DNA of 64,000 bases from Candidatus Krumholzibacteriota bacterium (GCA_016932415.1 JAFGCX010000034.1:9002-73001), one strand, 5' to 3'; positions 26,902-37,947 are shown, counted from the stretch's first letter. The notes: generated by a model not told the origin, from the letters alone. Numbers and translations are program-made.

Positions 26902-29900
26902 TTGATTGAGGTGAGTCTGAACAGACTGGAATTGGTGGGGTTCAAATCATTTATGTCTCCCGTCACGCTGGATTTCAATAAAGGAATAACGGCTATTCTG
27001 GGTCCGAATGGATGTGGGAAGACCAATGTGGTCGACGCTGTAAGATGGGTCCTTGGAGAACAAAGCGCCCGTCAGCTTCGAAGCAATAAGATGGAAAATG
27101 TCATCTTTAACGGAACGCAGCTTCACAAACCGACAGGTTTCGCTACTGTCTCGATGACGATCAATAATGAAAAGGGAGTCTTTCCGATCGACTACGCGGA
27201 GATCACTATCACCAGAAAGGTCTACCGTTCAGGGATAAGTGAGTATTTCATCAATAAGACCCCTTGCAGATTGAAAGATATCAGGGAGCTTTTTGCCGAT
27301 ACCGGGACGGGAAGCCATTCATACGCGGTCATCGAGCAGGAGATGGTCGAATACGTATTGAACGATGCTCACGGCGAGCGAAGGAATATGTTCGAAGAAG
27401 CGTCGGGTATCGTCAAGTACAGGATGCGCAGGGAAGAGGCGAAAAGGAAGCTTAAGCTGACTGAAGCAGATCTCGTCCGTCTCGACGATATCCTCGAGGA
27501 ACTTGGCAAGAATGTCAGGTCGTTGCGGTATCAGGTCGGAAAGACCAGGCGCTACAGGAAGATCAGCGAAAGAATAAAGGAATGGGGGACTATACAGCTA
27601 AGGAAAAATCTCTCCGCCTTTCTCGCGGAAAAAAGAGCGGCCGAGTCGGAACTTTCGCAGGCTAATGAATTGTCCGCTGAAGGGGGAGATTCTCTCAGCC
27701 AGTTTGAAAGAGAAGTCGAAGAGAAAAAATTCCTCCTAGTAGAGAACGAAAAAAGAAATTCTCAACTCCAGAATGAGCGTTATGAGGTGCGAAGGAAGAT
27801 CCAGGGTTCAGAGGAAAAGATCATCCAATATACCGAGCGCAAGGGTGAAGCGGAAAGGAAGATAGAACGGGCTCTGAGAGAGATCGAGGAAGCGGGCGCG
27901 AGACTCGAAAAGATCTCGGACAGGATATCCGGCGTGATCACAGAACAGAAAGGGACTTCCGAGCAGGCCAGGGAGGAAGAGGATGCTATCAGGGCGCTTG
28001 GTGGAAGATTCGAGGAAATATCTGTCAAGATCGAAAGAATGAAGAATGAACTGATCGATCTGAAACAGACGCAGCTCGATTTCCTTCAGGATAAGGTAAG
28101 GGTCCAGAGCAGTCAGGAACACTATGAAACGGTACTGAAAGAACTTGACGCCAGATCGCTCGAAATGCGAGAGAGAGTGACGGGACTTGAGGCTCAGGTC
28201 GGAGAGGTATCGGCTCTTTTCGGGGAGATGGATCAAAGGTTCAGGCAGCGGCAGGTGTCCCTGGCCGACCTGGAGAAAGAACGAGGTGATCTTTACGATC
28301 AACTCCAGGGAGTGGACAGGAGGCTGCCTGAAAGAGAATCAGTGTTATCCGAAAAGAAGACGGAACTGGCGAGAATGATCAGCCGTCATGAACTCTATTC
28401 AAGGATGAAAGAAGATTTCGAGGGATTTCCCGGAGGAGCGAGATATCTTCTTAAAAAGGGAGATTTAAGAGTAAAAGGCCCGCTGGCCGAGATGGTGAAG
28501 ATCGATGAAAAGTACAGGGTGGCACTGGAAGCCGTCCTGGGTGGACTGAGCGATGGCATAGTGGTCGACGATCTTCCCGGCGCGATGGAGCTGATATCGG
28601 AGATCTCCGAAAAAAGAAGGGGCAGCGTCAGGTTTTTTCTTGAAAAGGCCGATGGATGGGGAATCCCCTCTCCACCCGGGGTTATTCCAGGATTGATAGG
28701 CAGATTGAGCGGTTTTGTGGAAGTGCCGGAATCAAGAAAAAGTATGATAGAAAATCTTCTTGGCGGCACATATCTGTTCGATGATCCGAAGAAAGCGCTT
28801 GAGTTCGTGGAATCGGAGGAGGGGCGGGGGTTCGATGCCGTGACTCTTTCAGGGATATATTTCTGCCGGGGAAAGGGAATCTATTATTCCTGCAATTCTT
28901 CGGAAGAGATATCATTGATCGGGCGTTCAGGGGAAATAGAAAAGATGCAGAGCAATATCGATGGATTGAAAGAGACGGTCGCATCGGAAGAGATACTTTG
29001 CGAAAAGGAAAGAGCTGAGAAAGAAAGGCTGAGAAACCTGCTTGTCGATATTGATCAAAAGATAGTGGCAATGAGAAGCGCTCTTGCCGGAGATCAGGAG
29101 GAACTTCAGAAAGTCGAACGCGATTTCATAATGAAAAAGGAGAAATGTTCACTTTTAATGAAGTCTCTTGACGAGATCGAGAATTCAAGGGTCGAGACGC
29201 TTACGAAGCTTGAGGAACTCAGGCTTTCCATGGCGATGCGTCAGGATAATGGTGATGTCTCGGACTCGAAGAAGATCGAATCGGAGCTTTCCATGCTGAC
29301 CGGACGCAGAAATGAATTGGAAGCGGCTCTTACCGAAAGAAAGGTCAGGCTCGCGTCTCTCAAGGGATCACTGGATAAACATAAAGAAGAGATCCGGGGA
29401 CTGGGCGAGATGGAGAAACAGTTCAGCAGTATAATGCAGCAGAGAAACGAGGAGATAACCACATCGAAAGAAGAACTTGCCCGGCTTGGCGGCGATATCG
29501 AACGGGAACGGGCCGTTGTATCGGCTCTTCTCGAGGAGGAAAGGTCAAGTCAGAAGGATATCGATGAGCTTCGGGATATCCTCGATGATATGCGCGGCGG
29601 GATTTCGCTGATGGAGAAGGATCTCAAGACGAGGCAGGAAGAAAAAGAGAGGATCTTCACAAGGATCAACGACGTGAAGATCAGGCTGAGCACCATAGAT
29701 ACAAGAATAAAGGATCTCGTCGAACGCGGGTTCGAGATATATCAGGAGGACCTCGGCTCATATCTTGAAGGCACGGAGATTCCTCTGACCGAGGAAGAAA
29801 AGAATATCACCCGGGAGATGCTCGACAGGGAGAAGAAAAAACTCGAAAGTCTTGGTCCGGTCAATCTTGCTGCTATCGAGGAATACGATGAGAAGAAGAA

Positions 29901-30516
29901 CAGGCTGGATTTTCTTATCGCGCAGAAAGAGGACCTCGATAAGGCTAAAGAAGAGCTGCGCGAAGCTATCAGCCGTATCAACAGCCGCGCCAGGAAACTT
30001 TTCATCGAGACTTTTGACATCGTCAAAGAGTATTTCAGCGAGATCTTCACAGTCCTGTTCGAAGGAGGAGAGGCTTCTCTAGCGCTTGAAGAGGGGACCG
30101 ACCCGCTTGAAGCCGAGATAATAATATCAGCCAGGCCTAAAGGTAAGAGGTTTCAGGATATCTCGCTGCTGTCCGGAGGCGAGCGCGCCCTGACGGCAAT
30201 GGCGCTGCTGTTCGCTCTTTACAAGGCCAAACCATCTCCATTCTGTATATTCGACGAAGTTGACGCTCCTCTTGATGATGCCAATATACAGAGGTTCGTC
30301 CGGATGCTTAAAAAGTTCTCGGATGAAACGCAGTTTATCATAATCACCCACAACAAACGTACTATGGAAGCGGCAACCATGCTGTTCGGAGTGACGATGG
30401 AACAGAAGGGTGTCTCCAAGATCGTCTCCGTGGATCTGACCGAGGTAGAATCGGTCCTTCAGAACAGGACAGCTCCCGCCGAGGCGATGGTCGAAGCGCC
30501 GGTTGCTTCCAATTAG
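26902..30516 (+). CDS. smc: Chromosome segregation protein SMC
   Basis: 1204 aa; N-terminal Walker A LGPNGCGKTNVVDAVRWVLGEQS, long coiled coils, hinge, C-terminal signature LSGGERALTAMALLFAL and Walker B FCIFDEVDAPLD. Confidence 0.95.
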   Translation: MIEVSLNRLELVGFKSFMSPVTLDFNKGITAILGPNGCGKTNVVDAVRWVLGEQSARQLRSNKMENVIFNGTQLHKPTGFATVSMTINNEKGVFPIDYAEITITRKVYRSGISEYFINKTPCRLKDIRELFADTGTGSHSYAVIEQEMVEYVLNDAHGERRNMFEEASGIVKYRMRREEAKRKLKLTEADLVRLDDILEELGKNVRSLRYQVGKTRRYRKISERIKEWGTIQLRKNLSAFLAEKRAAESELSQANELSAEGGDSLSQFEREVEEKKFLLVENEKRNSQLQNERYEVRRKIQGSEEKIIQYTERKGEAERKIERALREIEEAGARLEKISDRISGVITEQKGTSEQAREEEDAIRALGGRFEEISVKIERMKNELIDLKQTQLDFLQDKVRVQSSQEHYETVLKELDARSLEMRERVTGLEAQVGEVSALFGEMDQRFRQRQVSLADLEKERGDLYDQLQGVDRRLPERESVLSEKKTELARMISRHELYSRMKEDFEGFPGGARYLLKKGDLRVKGPLAEMVKIDEKYRVALEAVLGGLSDGIVVDDLPGAMELISEISEKRRGSVRFFLEKADGWGIPSPPGVIPGLIGRLSGFVEVPESRKSMIENLLGGTYLFDDPKKALEFVESEEGRGFDAVTLSGIYFCRGKGIYYSCNSSEEISLIGRSGEIEKMQSNIDGLKETVASEEILCEKERAEKERLRNLLVDIDQKIVAMRSALAGDQEELQKVERDFIMKKEKCSLLMKSLDEIENSRVETLTKLEELRLSMAMRQDNGDVSDSKKIESELSMLTGRRNELEAALTERKVRLASLKGSLDKHKEEIRGLGEMEKQFSSIMQQRNEEITTSKEELARLGGDIERERAVVSALLEEERSSQKDIDELRDILDDMRGGISLMEKDLKTRQEEKERIFTRINDVKIRLSTIDTRIKDLVERGFEIYQEDLGSYLEGTEIPLTEEEKNITREMLDREKKKLESLGPVNLAAIEEYDEKKNRLDFLIAQKEDLDKAKEELREAISRINSRARKLFIETFDIVKEYFSEIFTVLFEGGEASLALEEGTDPLEAEIIISARPKGKRFQDISLLSGGERALTAMALLFALYKAKPSPFCIFDEVDAPLDDANIQRFVRMLKKFSDETQFIIITHNKRTMEAATMLFGVTMEQKGVSKIVSVDLTEVESVLQNRTAPAEAMVEAPVASN

Positions 30517-30531
30517 GGAAGAAATATCGGG

Positions 30532-31428
30532 ATGAAAAGGATCGTCAGGGGATTGGGAAAGACGAAAGAGCGTCTTTTCGCTCCGCTTAGAAAAATATTC
30601 TCGTCAGGTACTTTAGACGAAAATGCCGCACGGGATCTTGAGGATCTTCTGTTTTCAGCCGATCTCGGGGTCGAAGCTACCGAGAGGATAATAGAAAAAG
30701 TGAAGGAAAAGCAGCGGGCGCAGGGGAGTGGCGCGGAAGATTTCCTCAAAGTCATAAATGACGAACTGATGTCAGAGATCGAAGATGTCCCACCGTATAC
30801 AATCCCTGAAGGATCCCCCAGAGTGATAGTAATGACAGGAGTCAACGGAGTCGGCAAGACTTCGACTATCGGAAAACTCGCAAGCCGTTTCAAAGCTGAC
30901 GGAGAGGACGTCCTGCTGGCTGCCTGCGATACTTTCAGGGCCGCTGCGATAGAACAACTTGAATTATGGGCAAAGAAAACAGGTTCTCCGATAGTCAGGC
31001 AGGAAATGGGGTCGGATCCCGCGGCGGTAGCTTTCGATGCCGTCAACTCAGCCATCGCAAAGGGGATCGGAACTGTTATCATTGATACTGCCGGAAGGCT
31101 TCACACGAAATCAAACCTGATGGAAGAGTTGAAAAAGATATTCCGGGTCATCGGTTCGAGGATGCCGGAGGCCGCGGTCGAGGCCTGGCTCGTAATAGAC
31201 GCCAACTCGGGGCAGAACAGTATCCGACAGGCTGAAGTCTTTGTCGAAGCCCTTCCGGTGACGGCACTCATCCTGACTAAACTTGACAGTACAGCAAAGG
31301 GTGGAGCAGTAATTCCGATACAGAGGGATCTTCGCGTACCTGTCCTCTTCACTGGAGTCGGGGAGGGAGTCCTTGATCTCGAACCGTTTGATTCTCAATC
31401 ATTTATCTCTGCCCTGTTAAGCGAGTGA
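30532..31428 (+). CDS. ftsY: Signal recognition particle receptor FtsY
   Basis: SRP GTPase NG domain (VIVMTGVNGVGKTSTIGKLA, DTAGRLH, LILTKLDSTAKGG); short FtsY without a long acidic N-terminal domain. Confidence 0.95.
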   Translation: MKRIVRGLGKTKERLFAPLRKIFSSGTLDENAARDLEDLLFSADLGVEATERIIEKVKEKQRAQGSGAEDFLKVINDELMSEIEDVPPYTIPEGSPRVIVMTGVNGVGKTSTIGKLASRFKADGEDVLLAACDTFRAAAIEQLELWAKKTGSPIVRQEMGSDPAAVAFDAVNSAIAKGIGTVIIDTAGRLHTKSNLMEELKKIFRVIGSRMPEAAVEAWLVIDANSGQNSIRQAEVFVEALPVTALILTKLDSTAKGGAVIPIQRDLRVPVLFTGVGEGVLDLEPFDSQSFISALLSE

Positions 31429-31560
31429 CCGGTACCGTTCCTGCCACAGCCGCTTGCCGTCCGATCTCCCCGGTCCTCTCCGAAGGCGGGCAGCCAAAAA
31501 AAAATATAAAATCAATCAAGTTGTCGGGTAGTCCATCCGAATATCCTTCATAGACAGAAT

Positions 31561-33060
31561 ATGACGTTTCCAGATATCGAGAGGTGGATGATGAAATTGC
31601 GTTTTCATCTTGGATCGATCAGAAGCAGACTGATCTATTCTACATTCGTTATTGTCATGATCATAACGATAATTCATGGGGTATACGAAGAAATTCATTA
31701 CAGGAACATGGCAAACGCTGACCTTGAGACGAAGATGCTCGACATCTCCAATATCATCGCGTTCAATATAGGAGCCAGCCTCGAGTTCAATGACTACGGG
31801 GCGACTCTCGAAACGCTTGAATCCCTGTCGCAGATGAAGGAACTGAAGATGGTGTCGGTCTATGACGACAGCGGTGAACTGGTCACGACCTATGCAAGCG
31901 AGAAAACCGGTGACGGCGGAGTGCCCCTCGAACCGGTACCGGAGAATGACGATGCTCTTCTCAAGAGGAGCAGCGAAGGCCTGTTCATCTACAGGAATGT
32001 CGTAGTCGATGGGAAATCGCTCGGAACGATAGCTCTCAAGGTATCCCTTGAGAGGGTCAACAGCGTGCTCCAGAACAACAGGATATTCAACCTCATAACC
32101 CTGCTCGTCTATGGAGTCGCGTTGACGATCATTTCCATAATCAGCGGTAATGTACTTATTAAACCGATTCTGAAACTGAGGGATTTCGCGCAGACTCTTG
32201 CCCTTGGTGATTTCACCGTAAGGATGGAGATCGCAAGCGACGACGAGATAGGCGACCTGACGAGTTCGATCAATATCATGGCCAACGATATGAGCCTCGC
32301 GCTCCAGCAGGTGATCGACGCGAGCAGGAAAGTGGCCGATACTTCCTCGCGACTTTCGAGGACTTCCCAGCATGTGACGACAACGACGGAGGAGATCAGC
32401 GTCAATACGCGGCAGATAACACAAAACTCGATAAACGCTGCCAAAGTGACGAAACAGGCGATGGATTCGGCACTGAAAGGTGAAGAAGTAGTCAAAAGGT
32501 CGCTTACCGGGATGAACAAGGTCAGTTCGAAGATAGAAGATTCCACGCAGATGATGAAGGACCTCGGGCACAGCTCGAAGGAGATCGATATCATAATCAA
32601 CGTGATCGATGAAATCGCCGATCAGACAAACCTTCTCGCCCTTAACGCGGCGATCGAGGCTGCCCGCGCGGGGGAGCAGGGTAAGGGATTCTCCGTGGTC
32701 GCCGATGAGATAAGAAAGCTGGCGGAAAAAACTGTAGCCGCTACGAAAGAGATCTCTTCGAAGATAACCACGATCCAGGAGGACGCTCGCCAGATGATAT
32801 CGTCGATGAAAGAAAATGTCGATGAGGTGCAGAAGGGATCCGTCCTTTCCAATGAGGCAGGAGCGGCTCTCAGCGAGATCAGGGATCTTGTCACAGGGAG
32901 CAGCGATATGATACAGCAGATCGCTGATGCCGCCAGTGAACACCTGACAGTCACGGAAAGTATGACAAACAGCGTCGAGGAGACGATGCGCGAAGCGCAG
33001 GAACTTGACCAGATGGCCGAGAGCCTTCAGCAACTCGTCAGCAGATTCAAGATACTGTAG
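31561..33060 (+). CDS. Methyl-accepting chemotaxis protein
   Basis: Two TM segments flanking a periplasmic domain, a HAMP region, and the highly conserved MCP signalling domain ([41 protein letters not shown]). Confidence 0.9.
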   Translation: MTFPDIERWMMKLRFHLGSIRSRLIYSTFVIVMIITIIHGVYEEIHYRNMANADLETKMLDISNIIAFNIGASLEFNDYGATLETLESLSQMKELKMVSVYDDSGELVTTYASEKTGDGGVPLEPVPENDDALLKRSSEGLFIYRNVVVDGKSLGTIALKVSLERVNSVLQNNRIFNLITLLVYGVALTIISIISGNVLIKPILKLRDFAQTLALGDFTVRMEIASDDEIGDLTSSINIMANDMSLALQQVIDASRKVADTSSRLSRTSQHVTTTTEEISVNTRQITQNSINAAKVTKQAMDSALKGEEVVKRSLTGMNKVSSKIEDSTQMMKDLGHSSKEIDIIINVIDEIADQTNLLALNAAIEAARAGEQGKGFSVVADEIRKLAEKTVAATKEISSKITTIQEDARQMISSMKENVDEVQKGSVLSNEAGAALSEIRDLVTGSSDMIQQIADAASEHLTVTESMTNSVEETMREAQELDQMAESLQQLVSRFKIL

Positions 33061-33071
33061 ATCATACTTAC

Positions 33072-33099
33072 TTGACAGCCGGATTATTTTTCCTATAAT
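33072..33099 (+). promoter_or_regulatory. Consensus sigma70 promoter of the riboflavin operon
   Basis: TTGACA - 16 nt - TATAAT read directly, immediately upstream of the FMN riboswitch. Confidence 0.7.
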
Positions 33100-33117
33100 T
33101 GTGATACAGGTAATATT

Positions 33118-33250
33118 ATACCTGATAGACCTTCGGGGCGGGGTGAGATTCCCCACCGGCGGTGACAGTCCGCGAATGGATGTAAAAATCCACTGACCCG
33201 GTGAAATTCCGGGACCGACAGTTAAAGTCTGGATGGGAGAAGGTTCAGGA
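33118..33250 (+). ncRNA. FMN riboswitch (RFN element)
   Basis: Near-consensus RFN aptamer: CTTCGGGGCGGGGTGAGATTCCCCACCGGCGGT...AGTCCGCGAA...GACCCGGTGAAATTCCGGGACCGACAGTTAAAGTCTGGATGGGAGAAGG, upstream of ribD. Confidence 0.9.
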
Positions 33251-33338
33251 ACTTCTGCGCGCGGATGACCAGCCAGGAGCGGACCGGCGCTTTTCTCATC
33301 ATTTCCCCGGTATAAAATTTTCATGGAGCCTGCGGATT

Positions 33339-34463
33339 TTGCACGAAGAAGATATATATATATCCAGGGCGCTCGATCTCGCGGAAAAAGGGATCGGAAG
33401 GACTTTTCCCAACCCTCTTGTCGGAGCGGTGATAGTCCAGGGCGGAGAGATCGTGGGAGAAGGGTTTCACGCGAGGGCGGGAGGACCGCATGCCGAGGTC
33501 GAAGCGATTCTCAGCGCCGGAGAGAAAGCGAGAGGGAGCGATCTCTATCTGAACCTCGAACCGTGCTGCCATTTCGGCAAGACGCCTCCTTGCACCGATG
33601 CCATTCTCGATGCGGGGATCTCAAGGGTAGTATGCAGTATCCAGGATCCCGATCGCAGGGTCAGCGGGAAGGGGATCGCTCTGCTCCGGGAAAAAGGCAT
33701 CAAGGTCGATACAGGAACGAAGGCTGACGAAGCGCTACAGTTGAATCTTCCATATATACACAAGGCGATAACGGGCAGGCCTTTTATAGTCCTGAAACTT
33801 GCTCTTTCACTCGATGGAGGGCTAAATGCGGCCGATGGAAGATATCTTTCGTCGGACCGCTCAAGGCGGGAAGTCCATCATCTCAGGTCATGGCTGGAAT
33901 CGATCGCGGTGGGAAAAGGTACGTTCGATGCTGACGATCCGATACTTGACAGGAGGATGTTCGACGAAAGCCTTTCCGCGCCGATAAGGATACTGTTCGA
34001 TTCCAGGTTTGCCTTTCCCGCCGGGCATCGGTGGACCGATACTCCCGACCGTCTGCTGATTTACTGTCTTTCAGGCGCTGACAGGAGAAAACGCTCCGAA
34101 TTCTCCGCCAGGGGATTGGAAGTAATCGAACTGCCGGAGAAAGATGGAATGATAGATATCGGGGCATGGATCGAGGATATCTCATCGAGGGAGATCACAT
34201 CCGTTCTCGTCGAGGGAGGAGGCATGCTGGCGACTTCGATGATGAACGAAGGCGCGGTCGACAGGTTGATCCTTTTTCATGCTCCCGTACTGTCGGGAGA
34301 AGATGGAAAGGGATGGTACCGGCACAATGGTGTTCCTGACTGGTTCAACAGGGGAAAATTAAGGCTGCTCAGGCTAGAGAGGTTTGAAGACGATATCATG
34401 GCTGTTTATGACAGGGAAGAACTTGGTTCATATGGTGATATCGTGAGGGGAGTCGAATCGTAG
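33339..34463 (+). CDS. ribD: Bifunctional riboflavin biosynthesis protein RibD (deaminase/reductase)
   Basis: CMP/dCMP-deaminase zinc motifs (HAEVEAI, PCCHFGKTPPC) and C-terminal reductase domain. The conserved N-terminus begins at DIYISRALDLAEKG, so TTG 33339 is the likely start; the 33201 ATG lies inside the riboswitch aptamer. Confidence 0.85.
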   Translation: MHEEDIYISRALDLAEKGIGRTFPNPLVGAVIVQGGEIVGEGFHARAGGPHAEVEAILSAGEKARGSDLYLNLEPCCHFGKTPPCTDAILDAGISRVVCSIQDPDRRVSGKGIALLREKGIKVDTGTKADEALQLNLPYIHKAITGRPFIVLKLALSLDGGLNAADGRYLSSDRSRREVHHLRSWLESIAVGKGTFDADDPILDRRMFDESLSAPIRILFDSRFAFPAGHRWTDTPDRLLIYCLSGADRRKRSEFSARGLEVIELPEKDGMIDIGAWIEDISSREITSVLVEGGGMLATSMMNEGAVDRLILFHAPVLSGEDGKGWYRHNGVPDWFNRGKLRLLRLERFEDDIMAVYDREELGSYGDIVRGVES

Positions 34464-35042
34464 ATGTTTACGGGACTCGTCGAGACGACTGGAAAGGTGC
34501 TTTCTCTTTCGCGAAATTCAAGAGGGGCGAAGATCGTCGTCGAATCAGATATTGAGCACCTGGTCAGGGGAGAGAGTATCGCCATAAACGGAACATGTCA
34601 GACGGTCGCGCTGATAAAAGATGACAGTTTCTCATGCGATATTCTGCCTGAGACGCTTCGAGTGACCAACCTCGGGATGCTTAAACCGGGTCAGCGGGTA
34701 AACCTTGAAAGAGCGATGCGCCCCCACGACCGGCTCGGGGGGCATATTGTCAACGGTCATATAGATGGAACGGGGAAAGTCAGAAGAATATCAAGAAATC
34801 CGGGTAGTATAGAGATATCGGTGCCACCCGGGATCTCGCGATATCTTGTCGCGAAAGGTTCGGTCGCTGTCGATGGTATCAGCCTTACCATCGGGCCGAA
34901 ACCGGGTGAGAAGAGTTTCAAAGTGTTCGTGATACCGCACACATGGGAGAATACGACGCTGGAAGATCTCTCTCCAGGATCAATAGTGAATATCGAGGTC
35001 GATATTCTTGCCAAATATATAGATAAATTATCAGGTAGATAA
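34464..35042 (+). CDS. ribE: Riboflavin synthase (alpha subunit)
   Basis: MFTGLVETTGKV... internal duplicated lumazine-binding repeats; 192 aa. Confidence 0.9.
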   Translation: MFTGLVETTGKVLSLSRNSRGAKIVVESDIEHLVRGESIAINGTCQTVALIKDDSFSCDILPETLRVTNLGMLKPGQRVNLERAMRPHDRLGGHIVNGHIDGTGKVRRISRNPGSIEISVPPGISRYLVAKGSVAVDGISLTIGPKPGEKSFKVFVIPHTWENTTLEDLSPGSIVNIEVDILAKYIDKLSGR

Positions 35043-35086
35043 CTTTTCGATCAAGGGAAAGACGGCAGAGCAAGGGGTGAGAGACA

Positions 35087-36304
35087 GTGGAAGGATTCAG
35101 TTCGATTGAAGATGCTCTAGAGGACATTCGCGAAGGAAAGATGGTCATTGTAGTCGATGATGAGAGCCGCGAAAACGAGGGCGATATCATCATGGCTGCC
35201 GAAAAAGTAGATGCTGAAAAGATAAATTTTATAGCGAAGCACGCGAGGGGACTGATCTGCGTCGCTCTTCTCGGCAAGCGGCTGGGCGAACTCCGCCTCG
35301 GCATGATGGTTCAGGAGAATACGGCGAGGATGAATACTCCTTTTACCGTCTCCGTAGACGCGATCCACGGCACCACGACCGGCATCTCGGCTTTCGACAG
35401 GGCTGTTACTATCAAAGCCCTGATAGATCCGGGGACGCGACCGGAGGATCTCGCGAGGCCCGGGCATATATTTCCGCTCAGGGCAGTCGATAGCGGAGTA
35501 CTTCGCAGAGCCGGACATACCGAAGCCGCAGTCGATCTGACCAGAATGGCGGGACTACGGCCGGGAGGGCTCCTCTGCGAGATAATGGCCGAGGATGGAA
35601 GTATGGCAAGGGGAGCTGAACTAAGGGATTTTTCAGAAAAATTCGGTCTGAGGATGATCACTATATGCGATCTTATTGAATACAGGCGTAAAAAGGAAAA
35701 ACTTATCAAGAGGATCGCCGACGCAAGCCTGCCTACCAGGTACGGGGAATTCAGGCTTTTGGCGTATGAAGGAACGATAGACGGATCGGAATCGGTCGCG
35801 CTGGTGATGGGAGAGCCCTGGAAAGAGGAAAAAGCTCTGGTGCGAGTCCACTCTCAGTGCCTGACCGGAGATGTTTTCCATTCGCTGAGGTGCGATTGCG
35901 GCAATCAGCTTGACGCGGCGATGAAAATGATCGCCGAGCGCGGAAGTGGCGTCCTTTTATATATTCAGCAGGAAGGGCGCGGGATAGGGCTCGTCAACAA
36001 AGTACGGGCGTATGAACTCCAGGACAGGGGCAGGGATACGGTAGAAGCGAATGAAGAGCTGGGATTTCCCGCAGATCTGAGAGATTACGGGACCGGAGCC
36101 CAGATACTCGCCGATCTTGGTTTGCACAAGATAGAGCTTCTTACGAACAATCCCAAGAAGATAATCGGGTTGAAAGCTTATGGTCTTGAGGTAGTCGAAA
36201 GGGTATCGATCGAGACTGTTCCGAACACACGGAACTTCAGGTATCTTTCGACCAAGAGGGAAAAACTGGGCCATCTGTTCAGCGATCTGACAGGGGAAGA
36301 ATAA
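35087..36304 (+). CDS. ribBA: Bifunctional 3,4-dihydroxy-2-butanone-4-phosphate synthase / GTP cyclohydrolase II
   Basis: DHBP synthase N-terminal domain ([20 protein letters not shown]) and GCH-II C-terminal domain with Cys triad ([15 protein letters not shown]); GTG start. Confidence 0.9.
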   Translation: MEGFSSIEDALEDIREGKMVIVVDDESRENEGDIIMAAEKVDAEKINFIAKHARGLICVALLGKRLGELRLGMMVQENTARMNTPFTVSVDAIHGTTTGISAFDRAVTIKALIDPGTRPEDLARPGHIFPLRAVDSGVLRRAGHTEAAVDLTRMAGLRPGGLLCEIMAEDGSMARGAELRDFSEKFGLRMITICDLIEYRRKKEKLIKRIADASLPTRYGEFRLLAYEGTIDGSESVALVMGEPWKEEKALVRVHSQCLTGDVFHSLRCDCGNQLDAAMKMIAERGSGVLLYIQQEGRGIGLVNKVRAYELQDRGRDTVEANEELGFPADLRDYGTGAQILADLGLHKIELLTNNPKKIIGLKAYGLEVVERVSIETVPNTRNFRYLSTKREKLGHLFSDLTGEE

Positions 36305-36341
36305 CTGACTTTTGTACGGGAAAGCATCGAAAGGAGAGGAT

Positions 36342-36812
36342 ATGGCGATCGAGAGAAATGGAAAGTTGATAGGGACCGGCATGAAACTGGCCGTAGTCGT
36401 CGGCAGGTTCAACGAACTGGTAACGGGGCATCTGTTGTCGGGGGCCCTGGATTGCCTGATACGGCATGGCGTAGATGACGGGGATATAGTGATCTACAGG
36501 GTCCCGGGATCATTCGAAGTCCCGCAGGCCGCGAGAAAAGCGGTAGAGACCAAGGTCGACGCTGTTATATGCGTCGGCACCCTGATAAGGGGAGATACTC
36601 CGCATTTCGATATACTGGCCAGCCAGGTCGTCAGGGACCTGTCAAGTGTAGCGATCGAATCGGGAAAACCGGTCACATTCGGCATTATAACTGCCGATAC
36701 GCAGGAGCAGGCTCTTGAAAGAGCCGGTAGTAAAGCGGGAAACAAGGGATGGCAGGCCGCCCTTTCGGCGATCGAGATGGCCAGTCTCTGGAAAGAGATC
36801 GAGAAGGGATGA
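36342..36812 (+). CDS. ribH: 6,7-dimethyl-8-ribityllumazine synthase
   Basis: GKLIGTGMKLAVVVGRFNELVT... canonical RibH; ATG 36342 after a GGAGAGGA RBS is preferred to the 36312 track start. Confidence 0.9.
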   Translation: MAIERNGKLIGTGMKLAVVVGRFNELVTGHLLSGALDCLIRHGVDDGDIVIYRVPGSFEVPQAARKAVETKVDAVICVGTLIRGDTPHFDILASQVVRDLSSVAIESGKPVTFGIITADTQEQALERAGSKAGNKGWQAALSAIEMASLWKEIEKG

Positions 36813-37219
36813 GCCGAAGAAGAAAAGCCAGGGAGATAATCCTTCAAACGCTTTATTCCATCGATATCGCCGAAAGGAAATGGGAAGAAGCGCTCAACGA
36901 CACGGTGACCCGGAGAGGTTCTACCGACGAGACCGTTGAATATGCCAGGCGGGTCCTCGCCAGCATACTGGAATCCAGGGAAAGACTGGATAGTATGATA
37001 GAGGGATCGCTGGAGAACTGGAAGCTTGAAAGAGTAGCTCTCGTCGACAGGATCATTCTTCAGATAGCTCTTGCCGAACTGATCGATTGTCCGGAAGTGC
37101 CTACCGGAGTGATCATAAATGAGGCGATAGAAATAGCACACAAGTTCAGTTCGAGCAAAGCGGGAAGTTTTGTCAACGGCATTCTGGACAAGCTGGCAAA
37201 GGAGGTCCGCAACGAGTGA
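36809..37219 (+). CDS. nusB: Transcription antitermination factor NusB
   Basis: RRKAREIILQTLYSIDI...FVNGILDKL canonical NusB; ATG 36809 overlaps the ribH stop (ATGA); conserved ribH-nusB arrangement. Confidence 0.9.
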   Translation: MSRRRKAREIILQTLYSIDIAERKWEEALNDTVTRRGSTDETVEYARRVLASILESRERLDSMIEGSLENWKLERVALVDRIILQIALAELIDCPEVPTGVIINEAIEIAHKFSSSKAGSFVNGILDKLAKEVRNE

Positions 37220-37947
37220 AGCTGTTTGTCTGTGGAGATATTCATGGAAATCTCAGGGCGATAGACGCGGCACTCGCGGTATACAGGAAGAACGCTCCGT
37301 GCCGATTTCTTTTTCTTGGAGACGCCGTAGGGTACGGGGCTCATCCGGACGCCGTCCTCGACCGGGTTCTCGCTCTGCCGGAGTCCATCCTGATCCTTGG
37401 CAATCATGAATGGGCCCTGCTTGACAAGGATGAAAAAACCGTCATGAATCCGGTCGCTGTTGATTCGGTCAAGTGGACCGAAAGAAAGATATTTCCCCGG
37501 TACCGGAACAAGCTTGTAAGAAGATTCCGGATCATGGAAAAGAACAACGATTATATCGCGGCGCATGGTTCTCCAATCGCGCCGAAAGAATGGCATTATG
37601 TCTTTTCTGAATATGACGCGACGGAAATTTTTTATAAATTTGATTTTAATCTGTGTTTTATCGGGCACACACATATTCCTATGGTGTATACTTTCAGTGA
37701 CGGTGTGATCGATCTTGTTCCAGGAATCCCTTTCAGGCTTCAAGAGGATCAGCGTTATATCATAAATCCCGGAAGTGTAGGGCAGCCCAGGGATGGAGAT
37801 TCCAGGGCGTCTTTTTGTATTTTTGACGAGGAAGACAGAACGGTCACATTGTTCAGGGTCGAATATGATGCGAGGGCCGAAGCTGACGATATTATAAATG
37901 CCGGCCTTCCGGCGGAGTTGGCCTTAAGACTCATCAGCGGCTACTGA
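37216..37947 (+). CDS. Metallophosphoesterase (calcineurin-like phosphoesterase family)
   Basis: CGDIHGN, FLGDAVGYG, GNHE, GHTH metal-ligand motifs; GTG start overlapping the nusB stop. Confidence 0.8.
   Translation: MKLFVCGDIHGNLRAIDAALAVYRKNAPCRFLFLGDAVGYGAHPDAVLDRVLALPESILILGNHEWALLDKDEKTVMNPVAVDSVKWTERKIFPRYRNKLVRRFRIMEKNNDYIAAHGSPIAPKEWHYVFSEYDATEIFYKFDFNLCFIGHTHIPMVYTFSDGVIDLVPGIPFRLQEDQRYIINPGSVGQPRDGDSRASFCIFDEEDRTVTLFRVEYDARAEADDIINAGLPAELALRLISGY

Noticed and set aside
31429-31560. A9 run and GC-rich segment after ftsY as a possible terminator
   Set aside because: The hairpin complementarity is poor. The A-run, rather than a T-run, follows it on the + strand, and there is no genuine minus-strand gene that it would terminate.
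31516-33324. 602-aa ORF on the minus strand
   Set aside because: It is completely antisense to the clearly genuine MCP gene (31561..33060), whose signalling domain is unmistakable. Long antisense ORFs are common in MCP genes. The product is low-complexity, and its 5' part also runs through the rib promoter and FMN riboswitch.
33201-33338. ATG 33201 start for ribD and the Arg-rich 134-aa ORF at 33323..33727
   Set aside because: 33201 lies inside the FMN riboswitch aptamer, and RibD conservation starts near 33345. The 33323 ORF is an alternative frame inside ribD with a highly biased Arg/Ser/Gly composition.
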